Assembly: GCA_026025075.1 (NCBI GenBank)
Contig: JAPEUI010000045.1
Span: forward strand, 62,001 to 124,103
Direction: 5' to 3'
DNA: 62,103 nucleotides
Source: Vezdaea acicularis
Taxonomy: Eukaryota
Shown: positions 22,861-36,567 of the stretch, piece after piece
Position numbering within the stretch: the first letter of the stretch is position 1
How the letters are laid out: each line of letters begins with the position of its first letter
Notes under the pieces: model-generated
The model's input: only the letters and a program-made list of their open reading frames with translations
Databases searched by the model: none
What the model was told of the DNA's origin: nothing
Translations under genes and position numbers: made by a program

Positions 22861-24747
22861 CTACACGACCTCAGACTTGGCGGAGCGCGTCTCGTTGAAA
22901 GTCCTAGTGTTCACCCTATCGATCTCGTAAGGATTCTCCTCATAAGCTGGGTAGTAGGTGCCACCAATACTTCGTCTAGAGCGTGTTGTCTCAACGCGAC
23001 GCACACCGGGTCGTCCACCAGCAGGCTCTTCACCATCCTCGTCCAGGCTATCTCTTCCGCCATGTTCCCCGTCAAACTTCTCCTTGTCGATGTTGCCGTC
23101 AATGCTGCTATCGCTCTGCTCCGCGACCTGGGCTTGGTCGCCTTCGCGGAGCCTCTTCATGAAGGCATCGGCTTCGGCGGCGAATTTGCAGCGTGCGCGG
23201 ATGGCGGCGCCGTACCGGTAAAAGAGGAAGGGGAAAGGGACGCAAGCTAGCGCGAGGAAGGCGGGGATCATCGTCGCCCAGTGGATGCCGAGGTTCTTGT
23301 ACATGTACGTCGTGAAGAGAGGGAAGATGGCGCCGAAGAGAGAACGCAGGACAGAATTGGCAGCAAGAACAGAGGCCGCGTAGATAACATAGGCATCAAC
23401 CTAAATTTGTTAGATTTGCCCCATAGAAGATTTCTCGATGTTAAGACTCACAAGGTAATTGAAGATACCAAGGAACACAACAACTACACCGAAACCAAAT
23501 GGTGCACCAGCCATGATACTAACGATCCAGTGAACCGAGGGGCCGTTGGTCCAACCAAACCAGAAGAGTCCAATTGGGATGGTGACAGCACCTACCATCG
23601 CTGGAGGCAGGCGTGCTTCAGGGGGCGCGAAACCTCCAGACCTATCGACCAGCTTCGCATACCGGTCGTTATCGTAGATTGCATATAATACTCCGCCGAT
23701 CATTCCGACCATGACCCCAAGGAATGCAAGACCTCCAATGCCTGAACTCCATCCGCGTATTTGCTGGAAGACGATAGGGAACGCGGGAAATAACATGTAT
23801 AGTGTTCCGTATAGGATGGCCATGTACACTGATGTGAGAAGGACAATTGGCTCCTTGATAAGTAGAACCCAGGGACGAGACAGGGCAGTGCCGAAAGCAG
23901 CCTTCGCCGAGACTCGGCCCCGGTCGAGCTCGATCTTGGTTTTATATACCTTTCCCGTCGCCCTCGAAAGTGCTGACGCTCTCTTCCTAAGGAGAACTGG
24001 TGGATACGTCTCAGGGACGTACAGAGTGCCAATGATCCAGAGGCAGCCAGACAGTATCGCCATAAGTCCTTCGTTCCATCGCCAACCTTCGGCTTGGCTC
24101 AAAAATCCTCCGACGATGGGTCCAAGAGTAGGTCCTAGGAAAGGAGCAGCAGCGAATATGCTGAGGGCCAGTCCTCTTTCTCTAGCAGGGAACATATCTG
24201 CGATGACGCCACCAGCATTGGTGAGTGGCGATGAGCCAAAAGCACCCGCCCAAAATCGCAGTATGATCAAGGTCCAGATATTCTGCGACCCTGCAGCACC
24301 TGCATTAAATGCTGTAAAGGCGCCAAAAGTGATGAAGAACAGGAGTTGCCGGCCGTAAAGCTCGCTGAGAGGAGCCCAGAGTAGCGGCCCGATAGCGAAA
24401 CCGAGCACGAAGAGGGAGATCCCCAGAATGACAACTTCCTCACTGACTTCGAAATGAGCGACGATCTGTCGTATTCCTCCAGAGTATGCTGAAGAGTCGA
24501 AAGACACGGCCAATGTGACGAAGGCCACGCAAACAGTTATTGCCCATTTCTTCCAAACCGAGAACCCCATTGGGTCACCCGGGTCATTTGGAATCCAGCT
24601 AATGGCATAAGGGTCATCTTGAGTTCCGGATCCCGCATACTTGTGGTTGAGAATCTCAGGGGTTAACCTAGCATGATCCTTCACTAGATTCCAATGTGAT
24701 ATCCTTGTGGGCGTTTGCGCCTCAAGCTGAGGTTCGCTTTTCTCCAT
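22861..24747 (-). CDS. MFS multidrug transporter, DHA1 family, 2 exons (24747-23452, 23400-22861)
   Basis: [73 protein letters not shown]. Confidence 0.93.
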
Positions 24748-24873
24748 AGCAGCAACGAGGAACAAAGTCTTGTTGGCACGGCCGGAAAGAAATGAACCAA
24801 AAGTAAAAGGGTTTCGTGAGATGCGTCATAAAAAGAGAAACTCCACTTCTTATACGGTGCAATGAAGCAAAAG

Positions 24874-24887
24874 TCCGATAAGTCGGA
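24874..24887. promoter_or_regulatory. Palindromic CCG-N6-CGG site, candidate Zn2Cys6 binding site in the MFS promoter
   Basis: TCCGA-TAAG-TCGGA about 130 bp upstream of the MFS ATG, with further CGG triplets nearby. Confidence 0.3.
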
Positions 24888-26062
24888 GTTAACTATGCAC
24901 AGAGATTGTTTCCGGCATAAACTCCACGACTAGCTAACCTGTGCCCACAGGCCGCATTATTAGCGCTAGGTGTAACATCATTCCCTTATTCGTCCGCCCA
25001 GGTACAGAAGTGCGATTTCCAAGCAACGAAGTGCGGCCCTCCCTTCGCCAATGTCAAACGGGAAGCTTTCGGATAAAGCGGCAAGCTTGCGATAATGTCA
25101 TTTTGGAAGCCATGAGGTGAGTCTAGCGAACCTCGGCTTTACGAGCGCGCAATGTACTAGGCTTAATAGGGTAAGGCGCAGGCATCACGTAGGGTACAAG
25201 CAATGGGAGGCAATAAGTAGCACTCTACTAGAGTATGCAATAGGTGTTTAGATGCACAGATGAAAAGTAGACATTCATCCCTCAGCACTTTCCGCGATCG
25301 CATCTGGTAAGTCACGTGATATGCCTGTTGCTACCTCCTACGTAGTAAGTCATGGGGTGAACAGGTTCGTGGCAACCAAATACAGTCAGACCTCCTCTCA
25401 CAAGATCTCACGCGTAGCGTATGTGAGATGCAAGCTCATAAGCCGGCAACAGACTATGCCTTATGCAGAATAGGCCGACATCTCAAGGTACGGGGCTCAA
25501 CAAACGCCAAACCGAAGACCAGTGGACAAACCTAAGACATGAAGTCAATTTATCTACGGCTATTTTGAAACTCATACATTTATCGTCTTCTGGAGATTAT
25601 GCGGCTTGCCCCGAACCTCTTTCATACTGATAGCAGCGGCATTGAGACATGCGCATCTTCTGTCCAGAGACAACCGACGCTGTAGTGTCCTTACGCCGGT
25701 GAAAGTTAGGGATCTTTCGGGTTATAAGATTCATCCAGTAGGAAGTCCAAGAAATGGTTTCCGCACCATTGCGCATAGATGTGTAGCACCTACTTCTTAC
25801 CTCGAAAATTCTACCTTAATGGCCCAGAGGGCCTGATTGCCTATCCCAAACCCTCTATACACAGGCACCAGAAGCTCGCAGTATATTAGAGCGACAAGAT
25901 TGACGCAATCTGATCAGGATATCAAAATGCATTGTATTAGATATCTGTTCACCACCTAAAAAAGGTATCAACTGGCTTGTCCGTGATTTCTAAGGGCATA
26001 TGTTCAGTGTTTTGTATTAATGCGGACGAGAAGTGGATGAGAGTACGAACTCCGAGTACTGT

Positions 26063-27787
26063 TCAGGCCATAACTCTCATCCTGAAGCGATGCCTCCATC
26101 GGGATCTTGTCTTATTTTCTTTATCTGACGCATTCGTTGTCAGGATGGCTGCTGTTTTGAGCAGCTCAGGCACACTTAAGGGTGTCAAGGTGGATGCCAA
26201 TGACTGCCCCGTATCGAACATGAAGTCATTGCGCGGATGCGAGACGTAGCCTACAGTAGGTAGGAACGCCCTCATCTGAGCAGCCTCACTTATGTACTGC
26301 TGCTGCACAATCTCTTCCTTCACGAACTCGATCAGGGCCTTTACATCCTTCATAGTAGTCATGGCTCCAAGGCTAGCTCGAATAACTCCGGTCGGTTTCT
26401 GCTCAATTACATCGACTTCGTTACCACAACGCACCCCTTCATGATAGTTTCGGCGCATCTCAGCCGCGCTAAGTCTAAGAGACGTTGCAATCCCGCCTGG
26501 ATTACACATGCCCCCTGTGCGGAGCTGAATATTGCGTTTTATGGCCATGCGCTCGAACTCCGTCTTGCCGATCCAAGAACCTTTCCAATCTTGAACATTG
26601 AAGGCAAGAATTGGTGCCTGAGTTTTGCTATCTCCGTATTCTGAATCTTCGTTCTTGTAGATAAAACAGACAAGCTCTCCGTTCATATGTCGTAAAGAGG
26701 ATAACTCTTCAAAGAGATGCTTTGCCAGACTGCAGGTATGACGAGATATTTGATTCATTGACCCATATAGGCGTTCATGCGCACTCATGGCGGAGTCAAG
26801 AGCGATAATACTGTGGAAAGGGATGGTGCCATCCTCAAAGGACTCATGCAGCTGCCCTTCTTTCCTTACGAACCATTGATCTTGTATGCTTGTGACTATG
26901 TCAACTGTTCCTCCACCGAAAAATCGTCGATGCTGAAGCATATCTTGTGCACCTTTTCGAACAATGAGCGCACCTAGGTCAGGAAAGCCAAAGATTTTGT
27001 AAAAGCTCAGGGTAATGAAGTCCGGTGCCTTCTCGTGATCGCTCAGATCTATTTGAGCTGTAGTAGCAAACGCAGCAGCATCGAGTAGTGTGTATAGCCT
27101 TGGGTGTTTTTCATTTGACATATTTCGGAGCCGGCCAGACCAGCTCAGAGGTAACCTATGCCCATTCAGGTTCGATTGTGCGGGGAAAGCAAATAAAGAG
27201 GGGGCGGAGGGCGACTTAGCACTATCTACTCCTCTCGCGCTTGAGCTGCTTTCAATCCAATCCTCAACCTCTTGGTCGGTCTCGAAACACCTAGCTCCAT
27301 GTTGCGCAACCTCACGGACGCCAACAAGGCTAGTGTGTGAATCTCGATGATATCCGTACCAGAAACCTAAGATCTCCTCTTGTGAATTGTGGCAAGTGTA
27401 GTCTCTAAAAGAATCCATCACAAGCTTGATGGCCGCAGTCGCGTTGGCAACGAATATTATGTCAAAACAATTCGGATCAGCCTTAAAGAATTGGAGTAAA
27501 CGCGATCTAACACGTTCAGTCCGTAGCGTTGAAAGCATCGATGATGGCGAGCCTGAGTGAGGATTTCCGTAAAGCCCGGTCTTCATCTCCTTAGCAAATT
27601 CGTTGATGACTGACTTGGCGTAGATAGTGGTCCCCGCATGGTCCAAGTAGGAGGTGCCTGGTTGGGTTGGTTAGAGATCTGATGTCAAGTGAACTACTAA
27701 GGCAATGCACTCGCCTTCCATGATGGGATATTCTTTTCTCCTGATAGCTTCAACATCCCTTGGGTAGTTGTATTTCCTTTCCTTCAT
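26063..27787 (-). CDS. Molybdenum-cofactor-sulfurase-like PLP enzyme (NifS-like domain only), 2 exons with a GC-AG intron (27658-27714)
   Basis: EYPIMEG|TSYLDHAGTT, LYGNPHS, FVANATAAIKLV, YHRDSHTSLVGVRE, SFYKIFGFPDLGAL (PLP Lys), RTGGMCNPGG (catalytic Cys), RASLGAM. Confidence 0.88.
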
Positions 27788-29353
27788 GGTGCAAGATATG
27801 TACTTAGAACCGAACATGAATGAGTTGGAATGAATTGAAAAGCGTTTTCCGTAGAGAAGGGATGTCTCTTATAAGAAATTATGAGAATAGAATCAAGTAG
27901 AAAGAGAGTGCATGAGTAAAAGAACTGAGCTGGGTGTAATATTCGACAATATACCAGAAACCTGGACGAGGAACGCGCACGGGAGCAGATGTCAAAACAT
28001 ATTATACATGGGCGGGATTCATGTGCTAAGGACCCGATCCTTCGTTGGCACATAGCTCAAAAATGAAATGCATCTGTGCATACAAGCTTGTGGTTGCCAC
28101 TAGCTATAGGCATGTCAGCAACGCATATGGACAGCGTCAGATTGTAATGCTTGTTGCTGAATAAGTTCAGTCCTTAATAAATCCTTTAGGTTGACAGGGC
28201 CGATGAGCTTATTCACAACCCGTCAGCGCCCGGGTGTTACAGCGGAGCCCAGAAGTGTCGAACTATCTGACCAATTCTAGCCTCGTTCCCACAAGGATGA
28301 TACTTGTAAGCCTACGGCAAATCCCTATTCAGGTGTGGCCTATGGTGGGCCGCTGGGAAAAATTTACATGCACCTACGCGAAACTTTCAACCCGGAACCT
28401 TTGACTAGCGTCAAGTAGCAGCTAAGGAGCTACTATAGGCAGTAACTGAGACTTGATATTTTGTTGGAAATGATCCACTAGCTGTACTAGTGTAGAAAAA
28501 GCCTTATTTGCCTTGGTGCTGCCATCGAGACAGATGGTGTGTACAGCACGTAAAAAGTCGACTTTTTGGTGAAGGGCGTGTTCAAAAATAAATCGGTGAA
28601 ATCAGTGTTAGCAAAGCTGAGAGAGTCATGCTTCAGGCCGACTGCGAAGACATAAACAACTCATTTCCACATTTATTGGAAGGAAAGTAGACGGGTGATG
28701 TTGCTTCAAGATTTGGGGGCTTCTGCACAAGTCTGGCCAGCCCCACGCGAGCTAAAGTTTGAATAACACCCCTGGCCTCGCTTCGCACCACAAAACTTGC
28801 CCCGCGTTGTTGATACAACCAATCAGTCGAGAAACCGACATGAAACCTTAGCAGACATAGCGATTGATATTCTGATAGACACAGCGTCATCCTGTAGGTG
28901 CATGAAATACTATCTCTCATCATACAGATTTAAGAAGACGTACGGAATCAAAAACAGCTACAGCATTCACCAGGTGTCGTCGACCTTCTGGACCGAGAGG
29001 AATAGTCGCGCGACTCACTAGTCAAGGCCACCGTTTTGATCTCATCACCTGCTTATGAGATAAAGGAAGGGTTTCTCACTGTTTCATATGCGGTACCTGG
29101 AGCACCTCACCAATTCGGCAAAGCTTTTATTCTTCGTAGAGACAGTGGAGGTAGGTAAGAGAGTTCGAATAGAGTAGACCCATCGACAGCTTTCATACGT
29201 GATACCCGCTTCGATGCTTACCTGCGGGCGTGTTGGCCATAAATTAATTTGATCGAGATAAAGCAAGGGTATGATGATCCAGAGAATCCTGATAAAGTTC
29301 CACCAAGAGCAGCTTACCAAATCTCATGTCTTTATTCCTTCGGAGAGCATGAC

Positions 29354-30367
29354 CTACTCAGCTGTGTCCAAGTCATCGTGAGCGGGTGGGGGAGTCTCTA
29401 TTGGAACTAATAGAGTCAGGAAAATCTATGATTCTTTAAAGGTAAATAAGCCTCACTTTTTCTGTCTTCTCCGTCGGTACCATTTTCATCATTTCTCACA
29501 TCCTTCATTTCGCGGTCACGATCTTCCGGGCTTCTAGAGCGATCTCGGTCTCGTCGGTCATATCCACGGTCTCGACGATCGTCCTTACGAGGAGAATAGT
29601 CGCCACGGCCACGACGAGGCGGAGTCATAGATCGACGGCGTGGGGAACGCTCACGACGAATAGGCGGACCGCGCTCCCGGCCAGTATCGAAACGCCAAGA
29701 AGCAGATGGAGGAGTGCGGGCCCACTTTCATTATAGTTAGATCCATGAATCCTAGCCGGTAAGATGGGGGTTATTTCGCTACTCACTTCAATCTTGAGAA
29801 GGTCGTCCCTGCCAATACGCTTATTATGCATTTCATGGTAAGCATCATCAGCATCATGTCGATTCTCATACTCCACAAATGCAAAGCTTCTGGATAATTA
29901 GCTGTTGCTTCCCCGTTTCGGAGTGTTATCACCTACAGACGACTTTGCGCTGTGCGAGGCGCAGGAATGTCGCATCGTACTAGACGTCCATACCTTCGAG
30001 AGAATGTCAGAAATCGAGTGTTTTCGTGCTGACGGGAAACGGACGGAGGGAGGGTAGAACGAGGTTGAGAGTTGGAATATAGGAGCTAGCTCGAGTTCGC
30101 CGAAAACGTTCGAACGCTTCTGAAAGTGTACAGGGGAGAGGGGGGCTGTTCTCTGACGCTGACGACGACCGTTCGATCGGTAGGACGGAGAGCAAACGGA
30201 GCTCAAAGCGTAATCGAGACAGGAAGAAGAAGTCGACTTGAGATTTAGACGACCCGAATGCTCGACGACGCATCGTGAACTCACCGCTCGAATTCGTAAG
30301 CAAGGTCGCGGGCACGCGTGCCATGGCCAAAGCCAGTTACGTAAAGGGTTGTTCCCCCACGAGACAT
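29354..30367 (-). CDS. srp1: SR-family pre-mRNA splicing factor Srp1 (RRM + RS/RD tail), 5 exons
   Basis: MSRGGTTLYVTGFGHGTRARDLAYEFER|YGRLVRCDIPAPRTAQSRL|FAFVEYE...LLKIE|WARTPPSASWRFD...RDRSRSP...|HDDLDTAE*. Confidence 0.92.
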
Positions 30368-31624
30368 GCTGACTGTGTAGTTGGAATCTCGTACTTGAAT
30401 GTCTAGAGGTGAGCTGATATGATGCTCTTAAAAAATACCTCTGATGAAGTGTGATAGTCCGAGCTAATACTAGGGGTTATAATGTTGCACGGACCTTTAG
30501 GTTGTAAGTGAATCAGAAGCGAAAAATATCCCACAAGGCGACGCTAAGCACTTTTGCGTACGGAAGTCATGCATTGGAGAAGCCGTTATTACAGCTCTAG
30601 ATTTGAACGAATGAAAAGATATTCGCTTGTAAAATTAGCCAATTGATATCATGAAGGCAGAATACGTTAACGCCGCAATATTGGTCTTTTCGATCGATAG
30701 CCCACATCCCGTACAGATGAAAATTTGAGTCAAGTGACAATTATGAAGAATAAGAGCTTTTCCCAGTAAAGTATTGTCGCCAAAACGAAGCTGTTGCATC
30801 TTCTCTCGCAGCAGATTGCCATGCTATTGACTGCTTTCGAGCTTGATTGGCTGACTTGCGTCGGAGAAATACATGACCTTTTCTTCCCTAAAAGACTTGC
30901 TTTTGTGCTACATTCCCCCACGGGCTTCATCGGCCATGTAAAAATGGCATGTACGCTCTCATCTGCCTAGATTCACGCTTCCGTAATACGCTGGCTGCGT
31001 AAAGCTTTCGCCCTTGGGGTTTTCCTGAAAATTCTCTGAAGTTTTAACCGACCAACTAGATTTCGTGGTCTAGGCTATTCCTCAGACCCGGCGCCAAATT
31101 TAACGACATCGAATTTATTCCTAGGGGTCTAGCTTCGAATCCAGCCTCCTACCTGTCCTGTATTTATTGACTATCATTCAACGAGGACCTCTAGAGAGGC
31201 AGCCATACAGACTCCACTGCTGATCCCCTTCGCTATCACGGCCACTCCCGAGGTTTCGCCAAGCTCCCGCAGATCTATCTAAATCGTCGAAGCGCAAAGC
31301 ATCTGAATCTACTTTTACTGCAGCGTAAAGCAGATGAGCATTAACATCGAATCCTCGAACTTTCTAGGACTTCCCTATTGAGAGGTTTACGACCGCTACT
31401 CTTTGCATGGACGGACATATCGCGTATGTTCAGTTGTTTATCTGTCGTCCTTGGCGTCCAGCTTCCAAGCCACAGTGGAAGAGGTTATCCTCCAATTCTT
31501 CCTTCGAGCTTATGTAGCCTTTGAAGTCGACAACTAAGAATAGAAACTACAGGAGCATTACGTTCAATTGCTTTATTTGGGGTTGTAGGCTGCGAGTGTT
31601 GCGGCATCATCCTTCTTGCTCATT

Positions 31625-33007
31625 ATGAGCTTAGATAGGAAACCCCCGCAGCAGGGTGGGAGCTCCAGCCCTGGAGATACGCCTAGTGGCGCAATGCCGA
31701 GACTATCAGGTCTGTCATCGACTACAAGTGCTAAAGCCGATTTCACTCCAGAGGTGAGCGATGGATCTCCCCGGGTACAAACCACAGATTGACTGACACG
31801 ATTCACATTACAGAGCACTCCTATATCCGACACACCTTCACCTTTACCAACAACTGTACGTATACGGCACACTGTAGCACAGCCTGTTTTTGCTGCGTTT
31901 CTCGCTGGTGGTGTGGCTGGCGCTGTCTCAAGGACAGTAGTATCGCCTCTTGAGCGGCTCAAAATCCTATTCCAGATCCAAAGCTCTGGTCGAGAAGAAT
32001 ACAAACTTTCTGTTGGTAAAGGTCTTATGAAAATGTGGAGAGAAGAAGGCTGGAGAGGCTTTATGAGGGGCAATGGGACAAATTGTATAAGAATTGTGCC
32101 CTACTCTGCTGTACAGTTCGGGAGCTATAACTTTTACAAACGAGTAAGTCTGGCCCAGGAAAAGTAGCCATGGGGCTTTGACTAGTCCTCCGCTACATTA
32201 CATGATACCACTAAAAGCTGGGATTTCCTCATGCTGATGCTCCGCCATCATCTAGTTCGTAGAGCCTTATCCAGGCGCCGACCTTAGTCCACTGAGACGT
32301 CTAGTTTGCGGCGGTGCTGCTGGTATCACATCCGTCGCATGCACCTACCCATTGGATATTGTTCGCACTCGGTTATCTATACAGTCCGCATCATTTGCAG
32401 TCTTGAGCGAAGAGTCAAGAAAAAAACTGCCTGGGATGTGGGCTACTATGGTCGGAATGTATAAGAATGAAGGGGGTTTCTTTGCGCTTTACCGCGGGAT
32501 AATACCCACTGTTGCTGGCGTTGCTCCATATGTGAGTCACCTATCTACAAGGCCCTAAGGAAGTCCTCTGATGGATCAAGGTTGGTTTGAACTTTATGAC
32601 ATACGAAACCGTGCGGAAGTATCTTACCCCAGAAGGAGATCTGAATCCTTCTCCTGTACGAAAGCTGGCTGCCGGTGCAATATCAGGCGCAGTTGCTCAA
32701 ACATGCACCTATCCCTTGTGAGTTGAACCTTCTAGACCACTTCAAATCATTCCACTTCGTCTGACTAACAGCTACCAGTGACGTTCTTCGACGCCGATTT
32801 CAGATCAACACTATGTCAGGTTTAGGGTACCAGTACAAGTCGATATGGGACGCTATTACGGTCATTATTCGAGAGGAAGGCCCGAGAGGGCTGTACAAAG
32901 GCCTCGTTCCCAACTTACTTAAAGTTGCTCCGAGCATGGCAAGTAGCTGGCTCACCTATGAGGTGACAAGAGACTTTTTTGTCGCTTTGGGGCAGGACGA
33001 TGATTAA
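31625..33007 (+). CDS. Mitochondrial carrier family protein (YPR011C-like), 5 exons
   Basis: Three PX[DE]XX[KR] signatures: PLERLK, PLDIVR, PFDVLR. Also RGNGTNCIRIVPYSAVQF and LLKVAPS. Confidence 0.9.
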
Positions 33008-34001
33008 AGAAACGCTCTGATAGCCATCTATCTGCGTGCCATTACACTTTTACATCATGAACTCCAAGCTATGCCCGCCTTTCCTCACCACTCACAGGCT
33101 ATCGAGTGTCATTCAGATTGAGTGGGGTCTCTTTTCATTACTGCCAATTGACTTTAAGCATTGAACTTTGGGATTAAGGCATGAGCTTTTCAGGAGCGGC
33201 GTTCTGGTATCATCATTGCAGGGGTGTATACTGTCATACCTTTTGGATACGCGCAGCAAACAAACCTCCATACTGCCACAAAATCTAGTACGGAAGGAAT
33301 ATGAGGAGATTTGCTACTAAAAATGGGGCATATAGATGCTTATAAAGAGCTTAGATTTGATTTTTACGTACTGTACAGTTTTAGAAGTCATAAAAACGCA
33401 TAGATGAGCTCATGTATTCCTGTCAGAGACTTGACGGGGCCCATGAAGCCTGATAACTAAGGGGTTTGATACTTGACTAAAGGTAGCATCAAAGCGCGCT
33501 CTCTTGCCAAATCTCATTTCATCCGCTGCAAGTGAGGCGTGCGCCCCCCCCCTTTTTGACTTGCTCTTCCCATTAGGGTTATAAGTGTAACTCTTAGGTC
33601 GAAGCTCAAGGTGCTCACGAGGCTGGGTGAAATAGAGAGTGTTACACGCCTCGCCCAGATTCTCATGGTCGACAATCCCATTAAAATGCAATGAATTATC
33701 TGCATTAGATATATGAAATGTGAGGATTTGTTGGTGGCGTGGATGTTTCTAAGTCACAGCATCAAACAGGATTCTGTAGCAGAATTCCTGTCTTTCGAGG
33801 TGTGTCTGTAACATTCGACTTTTAGGTGACAGATGGCAGGAAAGTGTCACGCTCTTCGTAGGTAACCCGGCCTCCTTAGCCCTAATTTAGCGCACACTGG
33901 TATTCGCCAAGACTTACTTCGCCTATTCACGCAACCAAAGCCTCCACATCTGCAATCTCCATACACCAAGAAGACAAACTTTCCTCTGGACAGTGATCAA
34001 G

Positions 34002-34818
34002 ATGGGTACGTATAATTTCAGCAGCACATTCTCTTAAAGAGACATAGAAATGGGGAACGTCCTTGGATCAGGTGTAGCACTCATAGCACTAGAATGGAAG
34101 GCCGTCGTGAATTATAGCATATGCTGACGGCACTCTCTAGGTATCGATCTGGACGCCCACCATGTCCGGAGTAGTCACAGGAAAGCTCCAAAGAGCGAGA
34201 ATGTGTACCTCAAACTACTTGTAAAGCTGTACCGCTTCCTAGCCCGTACGTGCTCCTGGACTGTCAGCCACATTCTATTGGAAACTGACCACATCAAAAT
34301 CTAGGTCGGACCGACTCTGCCTTCAATAAGACTGTCCTTCGCCGCCTTTTCATGTCTCGCATCAACCGACCACCGATGTCGCTCTCACGAATTAACATGA
34401 TCACCAAGACACCGGGAAAGGAATCCGAAGAGCGAACCATAGTCATTGTTGGTACTGTTACAGATGACAACCGCCTTCTCAACGTCCCAAAGCTTTCCAT
34501 CGCCGCTCTTCGGTTTACCGCCACCGCTCGTGCGAGAATTCTGGCTGCAGGAGGAGAATGCTTAACTATGGATCAGCTGGCAATTCGGGCACCTAAGGGG
34601 GAGAATACACTACTATTGAGGGGGCCGAAAAATGCAAGAGAAGCAGTAAAGCACTTTGGTTTCGGGCCGCATAAGCACAAGGTTTGTTTCATTAGCATGA
34701 CTGTATTGTCGTATTGAATGCTGAGTTCTGATTTACATAGAAACCCTACGTCGAGAGCAAGGGCCGAAAGTTCGAAAGAGCGCGTGGAAGGAGACGATCG
34801 AGAGGTTTCAAGGTCTGA
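34002..34818 (+). CDS. RPL18: 60S ribosomal protein L18 (eL18), 4 exons
   Basis: [41 protein letters not shown]...[40 protein letters not shown]. Confidence 0.97.
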
Positions 34819-35070
34819 AATCATTCTCGATTTCATTCTTTCTTTTAAAGGCATTACCATCCGACCAAGGATATGGACCTGTAGCACTCGCAAGGTGTTT
34901 GATAGATGCGGATGGCGAAGTCTTCTAGCTTTTGCTGGACCGCTGTCTCACTAAATTCCAAACCAACATTCTGATTGCCGTGCTTGGACAACAGTTACAC
35001 CGAATTTGATGCAGTGCTACAGGAAAAAATGGTTGTCATGTTCTGTCTCCCGAAACTCCTATCCTACCTG

Positions 35071-36567
35071 TTACAGAAGGAGTCGGTGATGCTTCCAAGC
35101 TTTCCCCCCCGGGCCTTGGTGATATTCATCTGCAGTTTGTCCGGACCCTTTCAATAAATATTTATAAATCATCAATCCTTCCAGGCCAACAGGCCCTCGT
35201 GCGTGTATCTTATTCGTACTTATCCCCACCTCAGTCCCAAAACCGTACCTCATTCCATCGGCCATACGTGTACTTGTATTCCAGTACACCCCTGCGCTAT
35301 CAACGCCAGCAAGGAATGACTTGGCAGATGCCTCATCAGTTGCAAGAATACAGTCTGTATGATGTGAAGAATGTGCATTGATGTGCGCAATAGCAAGAGT
35401 GACTCCTTGACTCCCGCTTCCTCGGGGAATTGTCTTGATAGCTAATATTAAGTCAAGAAATTCTGTGTCATAGTCCTCATCGGAGGAATCCTGGAGCAAG
35501 ACGGAGAGATTTGACGGAAGATTATGAGCTAGAGCCGCTTTGCTCAACTTGTCGCATCTCAGGCTTACGCCCTTTGCAAGTAGAGCTTCTGCTACTTGAG
35601 GCAGCTTCGTAGAAACGATGCTCTCGTCTACAAGAAGCGTTTCCACAGCATTGCAAGCAGCAGGGTATCCTACTTTCGAGTCCAGCAGGACCTTGATTGC
35701 AACGGCTAGGTCTGCGCTTTCATGAAGATATATTGCGCAAATACCATCTGCATGACCCAATACTGGGATCTTGGTGTTTCGTTTAATGTAGCCAACTAAT
35801 TCGTTGGAGCCGCGAGGAATCACAAGGTCAACTAGACGATCAAGGGCGAGGAGAGCTGGAATGGCATCACGGGTGGTAAGGAGTTGAATGCTGCCATTGG
35901 GGACTTGTGTTTCAGATAGAGCACGAGATATCACAGTAGAAATTACAATAAAAGACTCCGTAGATTCTTTGCCACCTTGAAAATGATTAACAATGAGTCA
36001 GCTGCATCTAACTTTATATTCAGGGTAAAAGATGGTACCTTTTAGAATTGCTGCGTTCCCTGATTTGATAGCAAGGGCCGTTATATTAGCAATAACTTCT
36101 GGCCGTGCTTCAAATATGATGAGCAAAACTCCTATCGGACAGGTGACTCTTTCTAGTTCAAGGCCATCGTCTAAGGCTGTTCGCAGCGTGACTTTACCCA
36201 CTGCCGCATGATAAGTATGTTAGCATTGCTGATACGTCGTCTCACTCTAGCTAGAGATGAGCAGACCTGGATCCTCCAGATCTCTAACATCTAGGATGCC
36301 CTTTAGCATGTCATCCCATTTCCCCGGCCGCCCTAGGTCCAATCTTTTTAGAATACTGCTGCTTAGTTTTCCATCGGCTGCTGCCTTTGAAGCTGCCTTG
36401 AGGTCTCTAGAATTTGCAGAGAGGATCTCCTCTTTCGCTTTCGCTAGAGCTGCATGCGTTACCGTAAGCGCTTCGTTCCTTGCTTCTCCAGAGAGTATTG
36501 CGAGAGCCCTTGAAGCTTTAGAAGCAGCCTCCGCTGCTTCTAAAGGGGTAGAGTGAGTAAGAGACAT
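35071..36567 (-). CDS. PRO2: Gamma-glutamyl phosphate reductase, 3 exons
   Basis: [77 protein letters not shown]. Confidence 0.95.

Noticed and set aside
31125..31150. TTCGAATCC T-loop-like motif (tRNA)
   Set aside because: No cloverleaf stems or A-box around it.
33450..33510. H/ACA snoRNA (snR191/U19-like) pocket AAGAGAG...TAGTTA on the minus strand
   Set aside because: No H or ACA box at the canonical distance, and the upper stem does not abut the pocket.
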